A DNA stretch of 41,933 nt, taken from the NCBI GenBank assembly GCA_965371515.1, contig CBDUYR010000023.1, positions 1 through 41,933 of the forward strand. Direction: 5' to 3'. Shown piece after piece: positions 9,919 to 18,373 of the stretch (position 1 is the first letter of the stretch; the number at the start of each line of letters is the position of its first letter). The position numbers and the translations under genes are program-made. The DNA is from an uncultured bacterium (GTDB lineage: Bacteria; Krumholzibacteriota; Krumholzibacteriia; Krumholzibacteriales; Krumholzibacteriaceae). A model generated the notes under the pieces. It had not been told where the DNA came from, ran no database searches, and worked only from the letters and a program-made list of their open reading frames with translations.

Positions 9919-9947
9919 AGGATATACTATTGTCAACTTTTGTCAAC
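9919..9947 (-). promoter_or_regulatory. Putative promoter with tandem GTTGACAA repeats
   Basis: Minus strand GTTGACAAAAGTTGACAATAGTATATCCT: TTGACA-16 bp-TATCCT, with an 8-mer repeated 10 bp apart. Confidence 0.5.
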
Positions 9948-10127
9948 CAAATAATGCATGTTTTGTGCCTGTCCCTGGATTATCCCCAATTTGAAGAGAC
10001 GTTAAGAGATAGCTAAGCAACCCTGTGCCATATTTATATTTTCACTTTTCCGGCTTCCCGAAATCCTGCTATTATCGCTTGGTGACTGATTACGCATTAA
10101 GGCTCCCTGAAGCGGAGGAGATCCGGG

Positions 10128-10568
10128 ATGAAGAATCCGTCATCGATCCAGAAACTCTCACTTATCGCACTGGCTGTCCTGTTGACGGTCTCGTGCACAA
10201 AGATCGACTATATCGGGAAATCGTATTCACCGACGATAGAGGTGGACATCTACTTCTCTCTCGACGACGTCAAGGGAGCATATGAGGTGATGGGGCATCT
10301 CACCGCGTCGGCGGGCACGTTCGTCAGCTCGGAGAAGATGCAGGAGGAGATCCTCAAGAAGGCCCGCGAGAAGGGCGCCGACGCAGTCGTCATCCTCGGC
10401 CTCGACCATTACGTCACCAACAGCGGCAGTTCCTGGACCGAGACGACCGACACGAAGGACACTGCGGGCGGCACGAGGACTACAACGACAGGCTCCACGT
10501 CGAGCAGTACCGAGGAGATGAAGGAGATAACGGCAAGGTTCATCAAGTATACGAGAGAAGGCGAATAA
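10128..10568 (+). CDS. Small lipoprotein (YbjQ/dodecin-like fold suspected)
   Basis: Lipobox LTVSC; YEVMG...KAREKGADAVVI motif; SD GGAGGAG. Confidence 0.7.
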   Translation: MKNPSSIQKLSLIALAVLLTVSCTKIDYIGKSYSPTIEVDIYFSLDDVKGAYEVMGHLTASAGTFVSSEKMQEEILKKAREKGADAVVILGLDHYVTNSGSSWTETTDTKDTAGGTRTTTTGSTSSSTEEMKEITARFIKYTREGE

Positions 10569-10665
10569 GGGATTCCAGAGGGACCGACAGGCTTTGCGGT
10601 AATCGATTCGCCCGCGCGATGCCGGCCTCTTCCCACTTTCTGACAGTTTTTGTAGGCATTGCGGA

Positions 10666-10694
10666 TTGACACGAAACGCCTTATTGCGTAACTT
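10666..10694 (+). promoter_or_regulatory. Putative sigma70 promoter of the 48-aa ORF
   Basis: TTGACA-17 bp-TAACTT. Confidence 0.55.
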
Positions 10695-10723
10695 GACAGC
10701 GTCATACAAACGAGGAGGTCAAA

Positions 10724-10870
10724 ATGAAGAAGTTCAATCTCTGCAGCGAGGGCAAGTGCTGCCCCGAGGTCACCGTCGAGAATGACGAAGTGATCATTGT
10801 TGACGACGACGGCGGCAAGGTAAAGCTGACGAAGGAGCAGGTAAAGATCCTCTGGGAGAACCTGAAGTAG
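10724..10870 (+). CDS. 48-aa Cys-rich small protein (MKKFNLCSEGKCCPEVTVENDEVIIVDDDGGKVKLTKEQVKILWENLK)
   Basis: Not in the ORF track; strong SD GAGGAGG, host-like GC3 codon usage, upstream promoter and downstream hairpin. Confidence 0.75.
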   Translation: MKKFNLCSEGKCCPEVTVENDEVIIVDDDGGKVKLTKEQVKILWENLK

Positions 10871-10901
10871 CTCGCCCTGTATAGCTCCAGGATATTATGA
10901 T

Positions 10902-10930
10902 AGCGCCGGGGACGATCCCCGGCGCTCTTC
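10902..10930 (+). terminator. Hairpin/terminator after the small ORF
   Basis: AGCGCCGGGGA-CGA-TCCCCGGCGCT followed by CTTC. Confidence 0.6.
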
Positions 10931-10951
10931 ATTGAATGACAATATGCGGAT

Positions 10952-11293
10952 ATTACAAAGCGTTTGGTAATCATCGCTGCAGCTGTTTTTTCGGCCGCTC
11001 TTTTCTCTTCGTGCGGGGAAAACTCCTCACCGACTTCGCCTGGGAACGCCCCTCCGAACAATCCTCACTCACCCCAGCCCGCAGACAGTTCCGAGTATAC
11101 GCGGGAGTATCTCACCGCCTCGTGGGAGAGCTCCGACCCCGACGGGGACCTGACGGTGCTCGATCCGATGACCTACCAGATCCAGGTCGTGCTGATCATC
11201 GAGAACAAAGAGTTTATCAATGAGCCTGGTTACGATCCGCGCAGCTGGATACGGGCGCGGACCCTCGCAGCGGCGATCGTGTGCGCGCAGTGA
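10952..11293 (+). pseudogene. Internally deleted paralog of the downstream repeat lipoprotein
   Basis: Signal ITKRLVII...LFSSC begins at ATT; half repeat NAPPNNPHSPQP...WESSDPDGD is joined to a tail resembling the last ~45 aa of 11482-13131. Confidence 0.6.
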
Positions 11294-11481
11294 TCTATTC
11301 CGTCAAACGACGACTATATCGTCTTCTCTGGCGCGTCGTTTCGAACGGTTTGTGAGGACTCCTTCAGCATCCGTAATAACCCCAGAGGATAGTTGACTTT
11401 TATTTCGGCACACGATAGCATCTCTCCATAGTTGCTTTTATTCTAAAACCAATCCCGGTTCCTCTGATACTGGAGGTTCTC

Positions 11482-13131
11482 ATGAGAAACGCAAGGGTGT
11501 CTTTCGCAATTCTGGCGCTGCTTCTTGCCACGACAATGCTGTTCAGCTGTGAGACAGTGGACACCGAAGACGTGGACGACCCTGTCGAAGCAAACGACCC
11601 GCCGGAAGCACCTCATACTCCATATCCGGAGAACCATGTCGTAGGACAGAGCATCAGGCCGATTTTTTATTGGCAGTGCGAAGATCCCGAGTTGGATGAG
11701 CTTACGTTCACGATCTACCTTACTCGTGCCTATGATTATTACGATCATGATCCCATTGTGACCTCCGACAGGTCATATGCCATGGATCTGGACCTGGAAA
11801 AGCAGAGGCGGTACGACTGGCACGTCGAGGCAGACGACGGGAACAACGATCCGGTCAGCAGCGAGACCTGGACCTTCTATACCGGAGAAACGACCAACAA
11901 TCCGCCATTCCCGCCTTTCAATCCCGACCCGCCAGATTACGCGACCGATGTCCAGGCTGAGGATGTGACCTTGAGCTGGGAAGGTTACGACCCTGACGGG
12001 GACCCTCTCGTGTACGATGTATGGCTGGAAGTGCATTATGGGGCCGGCGAATTCATAGTTGAAAACCACCCTGATGCCTTCTATAACATCGGTCGGCTAG
12101 GAACAGGCGTTGACTTCAGATGGTATGTCATCGTAAAGGACGACCAGGGAGGAACGGCTTCCAACCACGATAATGAGTGGCGCTTCGAGACCGAGGAAGC
12201 CAACGACCCGCCGGAGATGCCTTACGATCCGACCCCGGCAGACAATGAAACCGATGTAGCAATAGACGAGCTGCTGGTGTGGCATTGCTCCGATCCCAAC
12301 GGCGATCCCCTGACTTACGATGTCTGGTTCGGTCCGCCGCTTATACCGATGCTCGTCAGCGCCGGTCAGTCCGAGACTACGTACCTTCCTACGGCCATGA
12401 TCAAGGACCACGAGTACGAATGGTGGATCGTTGCGCATGACGACGAGGGAGCGGAAACGCAGGGGCCTTTCTGGAGTTTCACAACGGCGAACGAGATATA
12501 TGTCGAGCTGGAAATTCTGCGCACCATCAACAGCAATTACGGACTCATAATCCGTGATGACATGATCAAGGCGAGATTCGACGCGACCTACGCTCCCGAT
12601 ATCGGCATCTACCCCCTTCAGCCGTCTGAGGTGTGGTGCGATATATACACACTATATTGGCTCGACTTCGAGCAAATCTATTTCTACAGAGACCCTGAGA
12701 ACGATCCTTTTATAGAGCTCGGCCACCACTACGGCTTACGAGCCGAACCCGGAGGAGGCGTGGATAATGTAGTCCACGTGATTATGCCTATGCCTGATTG
12801 CGAGGCATACTTTACGAGCCCGGAAGACAACACATCCGTTTCTCTGATCGACGGCTTTGAAGTGCAATGGGAGTCGAGCTGCCCCGGCACAGGAACGGTC
12901 GACTTATATGTCCGCAATGATATGGGCGAGGACATCGGCATTCATAGGACAACTGAGAATGACGGGGCCTACACCTTCGGGCCAGAAGAACTATCCCCAG
13001 CCTTGGGATCGATGCAGATCTTCGTCGATATTGTCGCAGAGAATTCGGAAAATATCGAACTTATAGGATGCAGCTCGAGAAGCGTCTGGCGAGCACGGAT
13101 CTCGTGCACGCGGATGCTGTACGCGATGTAG
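11482..13131 (+). CDS. Lipoprotein with three FN3-like (NxPPxxP...W...DPDGDPLxYDVW) modules
   Basis: Lipobox LFSC; three ~100-aa repeats each ending W.F.T; SD GGAGG. Confidence 0.8.
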   Translation: MRNARVSFAILALLLATTMLFSCETVDTEDVDDPVEANDPPEAPHTPYPENHVVGQSIRPIFYWQCEDPELDELTFTIYLTRAYDYYDHDPIVTSDRSYAMDLDLEKQRRYDWHVEADDGNNDPVSSETWTFYTGETTNNPPFPPFNPDPPDYATDVQAEDVTLSWEGYDPDGDPLVYDVWLEVHYGAGEFIVENHPDAFYNIGRLGTGVDFRWYVIVKDDQGGTASNHDNEWRFETEEANDPPEMPYDPTPADNETDVAIDELLVWHCSDPNGDPLTYDVWFGPPLIPMLVSAGQSETTYLPTAMIKDHEYEWWIVAHDDEGAETQGPFWSFTTANEIYVELEILRTINSNYGLIIRDDMIKARFDATYAPDIGIYPLQPSEVWCDIYTLYWLDFEQIYFYRDPENDPFIELGHHYGLRAEPGGGVDNVVHVIMPMPDCEAYFTSPEDNTSVSLIDGFEVQWESSCPGTGTVDLYVRNDMGEDIGIHRTTENDGAYTFGPEELSPALGSMQIFVDIVAENSENIELIGCSSRSVWRARISCTRMLYAM

Positions 13132-13165
13132 CGCTTTTTCAGAAAGGTTCGTTGTCGGATAATCC

Positions 13166-13202
13166 ATCGCCCGGCTCGGCGACGCTACTGGTGCCGGGCG
13201 AT
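13166..13202. terminator. Hairpin between convergent genes
   Basis: ATCGCCCGGC...GCCGGGCGAT inverted repeat. Confidence 0.45.
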
Positions 13203-13244
13203 ATTGTAAGTGCGTAGCAGGCGATGATGCCTGCGATGATGGTC

Positions 13245-14192
13245 TTATTCTTTAACATCCGCAAGCCCCATCACCTCTGCCGGGGTCTTCCCTATCTGGT
13301 TGATCTTCCACTCGGAGAGCATGAACGGGAAATCGTACTGCGACGAGGTCACAAGGAACATCTTCTCACCCGACAGCCCGTATATGCTCAGCGTGTCGGT
13401 TTCCGCTCCATTGACGATCAGCGTGAATGTCGGCTCGTTCAGGTCGACCTGAAGATCGTCCTCCGGGAACCCGTCGCACTGAAGGTTGACCACGCGGCCG
13501 AGGATGCCGTTGATCACGGTGCCGTCGGCATCGGTGCTGTCGGCGGTGATCCACGCGGTGACCGCCTGGGGCGGCTCTCCTCCCTCTTCGACCGGCTCGA
13601 CGGGGCGCGAGATCTTCGTCAGGGCCAGGCTCTCTCCGTCGCTCGAGACAGTGATCCCCGTGACTGCTCCCCTGTCGAGGGTCAGCACCTTCTTGTCGCG
13701 AACCGCTGCAATCCCGACGTCGAAGGTGCGCCTGATGTTGCCGCTGACCTGGTAGACCTTGGGATCGTCGACGAGTTTCACGTATGTATGACGTTGGGTC
13801 GACGCGGCCTTGCCGATGTCGAGCTTCAGCAGAGACTCTTCCCCGCCCGACGCCTCGACAAATATGCGCTTGTCCTTCCCCAGATCGTACTGCCCGTAGC
13901 TCTCCGCCTCGGAGACGAGCGAGACGACATCGAGACCGCTCAGCGCATCGAGCATCCCGCCGATCTTGTTATTGTCGAGAGGATACCCTTCCGGCTGCGA
14001 CAGCCAGGCATCGTCGAACCTCTTCAGCACGAACGTGCCGGAGGGCCCCCTGACGTCGAGCCTGGTGATATCTTCCTTCGCGGGCCTTGCGATCTCCGGG
14101 ATATCGTAATGGGTCCTGTCGCTGTCCCTGAGAACGACGTAGAGGACAAGTGCCACGATGGCCACCGCGAGTATTATATATTCTTTCTTCAA
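13245..14192 (-). CDS. DUF4340 domain protein
   Basis: N-terminal TM anchor; repeated W...YPLD...YDL...LDIGK...TYVK pattern; last gene of a Gld-like ABC operon. Confidence 0.75.
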   Translation of the reverse strand: MKKEYIILAVAIVALVLYVVLRDSDRTHYDIPEIARPAKEDITRLDVRGPSGTFVLKRFDDAWLSQPEGYPLDNNKIGGMLDALSGLDVVSLVSEAESYGQYDLGKDKRIFVEASGGEESLLKLDIGKAASTQRHTYVKLVDDPKVYQVSGNIRRTFDVGIAAVRDKKVLTLDRGAVTGITVSSDGESLALTKISRPVEPVEEGGEPPQAVTAWITADSTDADGTVINGILGRVVNLQCDGFPEDDLQVDLNEPTFTLIVNGAETDTLSIYGLSGEKMFLVTSSQYDFPFMLSEWKINQIGKTPAEVMGLADVKE

Positions 14193-14213
14193 TTCTCTTT
14201 CCTCCCGCCTGCT

Positions 14214-16412
14214 CTACTTTGCGAACATCGCCTTGATGCGGCGTTTCCTGCCGGAGCGCCTCGCCCATACAACGATACCGAGAGCCACCACGAGAACGGG
14301 CAGCCCGGCGATATTGATGGTCTTGACGAAAGTCCTCACGCCCGCGCCGGTCTCCCTGAGGGGATTGAAACGCTGCGACTTACCCCTCATGTCGGCGTAG
14401 GCGTCCCTGCCGTTTAGATGATCGATTACGTTCATGATAAAGGTCGCCTGCGTCGATACGCCGCCCTCGTCGAGGATATTGTTGCCGAGGATCTCCGAGC
14501 TGGTGATGAGGAATATCTTCCCCGGCCTGCCCTTCTCGATCACAGCGCCCTCGCCGGTGACAAGATCGGCACCCTGCTCGCCCGATGCGTCGGCGGCCGT
14601 CGTCGAGTCGACATCATCGCCTTCAGGCGACGGCTTCTCGGGAATGGGCTTTCCGGCAAACCAGCTGGGGAACTCACCTGTTATCAGCACAGCCAGTGGG
14701 AAGCTCTCCATCTCGGCCGGGTCCTCGGGGGGCTGCATGGCCCAGGGGCTGAAGTCTATCCTGCCGCTCATCTCCCACGATTCGTCGGACGAGGAGAAGA
14801 TCACGTCGCCCTTCAGGCCCGCCGCCGCGAGGGCGTCCTCCCTCAACTCGAGCGGAGAGACTTTGAGCATGACCAGCGACTTCACATACTTCATGAAATC
14901 GAGCCCGTCGTTGATCTTTTCGTCCCTGATGATCGGCGCGAAATATATCGCCTGCTTGCCGCCGCCGTACCGCCTGGGGAGCTGCTGCTCGAAGCAACTC
15001 TTGTCGAGCACGTACGACTGCTTTATCGACACACCCCAGTGGTCGAGCATTTTCTCCAGCCCCGTGCTGATCGGCAGGAAGACCGGACCCTGCTGGCGTC
15101 CCATCTGGCCCTGCGGCATGTTCATCTCGTCAAACGAATCATGGAATATCGCGAGCGACTTGCCCTTCATCAGGAACTGGTCGATCTGGAAGAGCTCGTA
15201 GTCACTCAGCGCCTCCTTTGTGCCGGCCATGATGAGGCAGTCGATTCCCTCGGGGATCCCTTCCGCGAGGCCGATCTCGCTTACCGAGTAGTTTTCCGAC
15301 AGCAGCTCGTTGAAATTGGTCAGCCCCGTCGAGGGAGGCTGAGGCTGGCCCGGCATCGGCTGTCCTCCCCTCAGCGGCGCCGTGCCGTGGCTCGCGAGGT
15401 ATCCAATTCTCTTGTTGATGTCGATAACATCGTCTATCGCCTCGCCGATCCGCTCTGACAGCGTCGCCATGTCGGCCAGCTGATACTGTGTGCCGAAGAG
15501 GGGCACGTTAAATACCTCGATCAGGGGCAGCGTCCTGAACTTGTCGCCCTTCTCGACGACGATTGCAGCGGCCCCCAGCCCGGCGGGCACGACGACCCTG
15601 CCGGTCGCGTCGGTCATCTCGCGCCACCTGAGGGTGACGAGGTTGTACCTGCTGTTGTCAGCCACGGCCTTTGAATCCGCCGTCGGGTCGACTGCGGAGT
15701 ATTCGAGTTTGCCGTAATACTTGCCGCCGAGTTCGCCGACAATCTCCTCAATGCGGGAGGGTATCTCCGAAATCCCCTCCATGCGGATCTGTGGAGCGAT
15801 ATCGACCAGGGCCGGCGAGAACATCAGCTTCACGCTCACCGGTTCCTGCATCCCGACGAGAGCGCTGATCTTGTTGTTCATCTTTTCGATCTTCGAGGTG
15901 ATCGTATACTCGAGCCCATCGGTCGAGGTTATAGCGGGGATCTTGTCAACAACATCGCCGTGGATGAAGACCATCCCCATGTAGGCTCTCTTGAACTTCA
16001 CCTCGTCCTGCTCGACGTCCTGTATCTGTACCGGTTGGATCCCGAAGTCGCGGGCGAGCTGCTGGTTGTGCTTCTCGTCCTCGCCGAGGTCACCCTCCTC
16101 CGTGCTGACATCGTAGAACCGGTAGTTGAAGTACCTGTTCGACTGGACCGCGTATTCCTCGAGGAGATCCCGCAGGTAGCGCTCCGTGTTGTTATGGGGA
16201 GCGGGCAGGTTTTTTGTGAAGAAGACGTTGATCGTCAGCGGTTCGGCGAGATTCCCCACCGCGTCCCGGCTTGCATCGGAGAGCGAATAGATGCCGTTTG
16301 AAGTGAGATCCGCCCTGAAGAAGAGGGTCTGGCCGGCAATATTGATCAGGATGACGACCGCGAGGTAAACGAGGAATCTGTAGTACTTGCCCAATTTTAT
16401 ATGCCTGTTCAT
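14214..16412 (-). CDS. GldG-family ABC transporter auxiliary component
   Basis: RADLTSNGIYSLSDAS, AYMGMV, LEYTIT, IGYLASHG, IDQFLMKG; N- and C-terminal TM helices. Confidence 0.85.
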   Translation of the reverse strand: MNRHIKLGKYYRFLVYLAVVILINIAGQTLFFRADLTSNGIYSLSDASRDAVGNLAEPLTINVFFTKNLPAPHNNTERYLRDLLEEYAVQSNRYFNYRFYDVSTEEGDLGEDEKHNQQLARDFGIQPVQIQDVEQDEVKFKRAYMGMVFIHGDVVDKIPAITSTDGLEYTITSKIEKMNNKISALVGMQEPVSVKLMFSPALVDIAPQIRMEGISEIPSRIEEIVGELGGKYYGKLEYSAVDPTADSKAVADNSRYNLVTLRWREMTDATGRVVVPAGLGAAAIVVEKGDKFRTLPLIEVFNVPLFGTQYQLADMATLSERIGEAIDDVIDINKRIGYLASHGTAPLRGGQPMPGQPQPPSTGLTNFNELLSENYSVSEIGLAEGIPEGIDCLIMAGTKEALSDYELFQIDQFLMKGKSLAIFHDSFDEMNMPQGQMGRQQGPVFLPISTGLEKMLDHWGVSIKQSYVLDKSCFEQQLPRRYGGGKQAIYFAPIIRDEKINDGLDFMKYVKSLVMLKVSPLELREDALAAAGLKGDVIFSSSDESWEMSGRIDFSPWAMQPPEDPAEMESFPLAVLITGEFPSWFAGKPIPEKPSPEGDDVDSTTAADASGEQGADLVTGEGAVIEKGRPGKIFLITSSEILGNNILDEGGVSTQATFIMNVIDHLNGRDAYADMRGKSQRFNPLRETGAGVRTFVKTINIAGLPVLVVALGIVVWARRSGRKRRIKAMFAK

Positions 16413-16424
16413 CTCTCCCCCTTC

Positions 16425-17138
16425 CTATTTCTTTTCCTGGAGCACCAGGAAAGTCCCGTAGAGCGCCATGAATACGATGCTCACGAAGTACAGAATGTCT
16501 CTCGTGTCGAGTATCCCCCTCGACACGTTCTCGAAATGATAGCCCGCCCCGATAAACTGGAAGAATCCCAGCATAGACTCAGGGAGGAAAAAGAGGATCT
16601 TGTCGATCATCGTCAGGGAGAAGCAGATGATCATCCCGATGATGAACGCTATGATCTGGTTCTTCGTCAGCGCCGAAGCGAAGAGCCCGACGGCGCAGAA
16701 CGCCGCCCCGAGGAGAAGGGCGCCGACATATCCGCCGACCACCGGCCCCCAGTCAAGCTCGCCGAGGAATGAGACCGAGATCGCGTAGCTGATCGTCGGC
16801 AGGAGCATCACTGCGATAAATGCCAGCGCGGCGAAGAACTTGCCGAGGATGATGTCCGTGTCGGTCACCGGCATCGTTACGAGTATCTCGTACGAGCCGA
16901 CGTTGTACTCCTCGGAGAAGAGCCTCATCGTGAGCGTCGGTACGATGAACGAGAATATCAGCGGGAGCAGCGAATAGAAATTCCTCAGCTCTGCCTGGCT
17001 GTACAGGAAGAAGGTCGAAAAGAAGAACCAGCCGGTCAGGATGAGGAATATCGCTATCACGATGTAGGCTATGGGAGTCACGAAATAGTGCCTGAACTCA
17101 CGCTTGAATATGTGCATTGTGTTTGCCGCGGCCATCAT
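16425..17138 (-). CDS. ABC-2 permease (GldF-like)
   Basis: KREFRHYFVTPIAY, TMRLFSEE..GSYEIL.T.P, ILGKF, TKNQIIA, RGILD. Confidence 0.9.
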   Translation of the reverse strand: MMAAANTMHIFKREFRHYFVTPIAYIVIAIFLILTGWFFFSTFFLYSQAELRNFYSLLPLIFSFIVPTLTMRLFSEEYNVGSYEILVTMPVTDTDIILGKFFAALAFIAVMLLPTISYAISVSFLGELDWGPVVGGYVGALLLGAAFCAVGLFASALTKNQIIAFIIGMIICFSLTMIDKILFFLPESMLGFFQFIGAGYHFENVSRGILDTRDILYFVSIVFMALYGTFLVLQEKK

Positions 17139-17139
17139 A

Positions 17140-18078
17140 TCAACCCTCCTTTTCCTGTGTGAGTTCGCTGAAGATGCTCTCGAGGCTCTTCGACTCGCGG
17201 ATCAGCTCGAGAAGGGCCCAGTCCTTCGTCTTGACGCGCGAGTAGACCTGCTCGCGAAGGTCGTCGCCGGTCCTGCAGGAAAGGCGCAGGCGCGTCATGC
17301 CGTCCTCCCCGCTCGTATCGACCGATGCGACACCGTCCAGGCCGGTGAAAAGCTCCTTCGCCTCGCCTTCGGGCGCACCCTTGAGCAGGAGGCTGATCGA
17401 GTAGTCTTCTTCAGTGGTGCGCTTGAGTTCCTCGGTCGAGCCGTCGGCGACTATACGGCCATTGTTGATGATGACCACCCGATCGCAGGTCGCCTCGACC
17501 TCGCTGAGAATATGCGACGAAAGAATGACCGTCTTCTCCCGGCCAATTTTTTTAATGATGTCCCTGATCTCGACGATCTGGTTCGGGTCGAGGCCCGTGG
17601 TCGGCTCGTCGAGGATCAGGATCTCGGGATCGCTTAGCATCGCGTGCGCGAGCCCGACCCTCTGCTTGAATCCCTTGGACAATTCGTGGATCGACCTGTG
17701 CATCACGCTCTCGAGACCGCAGATCGCGGCGATCTCCCTGATCCTTCCCTCGCGGCTCTCCTTCGGCATCTCACGGATGTCGGCGACATACTGGAGGTAG
17801 TCGTAGGTGAGCATATCCTGGTAGACAGGGGCGGATTCGGGGAGATACCCGATCAGCTTCTTGATCTCGAGCATACCGCCGTCGATCGAATGACCCTTCA
17901 CCGTGACCGTACCCTCCGTGGGTGCTAGGTATCCGGTGAGGATCCGCATCGCGGTCGTCTTCCCCGCGCCGTTCGGCCCGAGCAACCCGAGGATCTTACC
18001 CTTCTCGATCGTCAGGCTGATGTGATCGAGGGCGCAAAGGTCGCCGAAGTATCTCGTCAGGCCGGAAATCTCGATCAT
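17140..18078 (-). CDS. ABC transporter ATP-binding protein (GldA-like)
   Basis: Walker A GPNGAGKTT; signature LSKGFKQR; Walker B ILILDEPT; SSH. Confidence 0.93.
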   Translation of the reverse strand: MIEISGLTRYFGDLCALDHISLTIEKGKILGLLGPNGAGKTTAMRILTGYLAPTEGTVTVKGHSIDGGMLEIKKLIGYLPESAPVYQDMLTYDYLQYVADIREMPKESREGRIREIAAICGLESVMHRSIHELSKGFKQRVGLAHAMLSDPEILILDEPTTGLDPNQIVEIRDIIKKIGREKTVILSSHILSEVEATCDRVVIINNGRIVADGSTEELKRTTEEDYSISLLLKGAPEGEAKELFTGLDGVASVDTSGEDGMTRLRLSCRTGDDLREQVYSRVKTKDWALLELIRESKSLESIFSELTQEKEG

Positions 18079-18294
18079 ATACGGCTCCTTTCCTGTGTAA
18101 TTGATTATAGTCGCTACAGTCTAAAAGAGGCGTCCGGCGGTGCGGGCGCCCCTGTTTCGATTAATCCGTCAACAGGTGCAGTATTTTAACGGTCTCCGCA
18201 CGGCCTTTTCAACCTCAAAATACATTTTCGGACCCTTATGTCAATCCCATACGGGGATTATACCGGGATTCGGGGGATTTGTTCCGTGTTAGAC

Positions 18295-18339
18295 AAAAAA
18301 AGTCCCGGTGCCCGGCTGCAGGGCCGGATACCGGGGCTT
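18295..18339 (-). terminator. Intrinsic terminator of the acidic-tail lipoprotein gene
   Basis: Minus strand AGCCCCGGTATCCGGC...GCCGGGCACCGGGACT followed by TTTTTT. Confidence 0.7.
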
Positions 18340-18373
18340 CGCCGCATTGGTGAACAGGGGCGGCGGTTACCTG

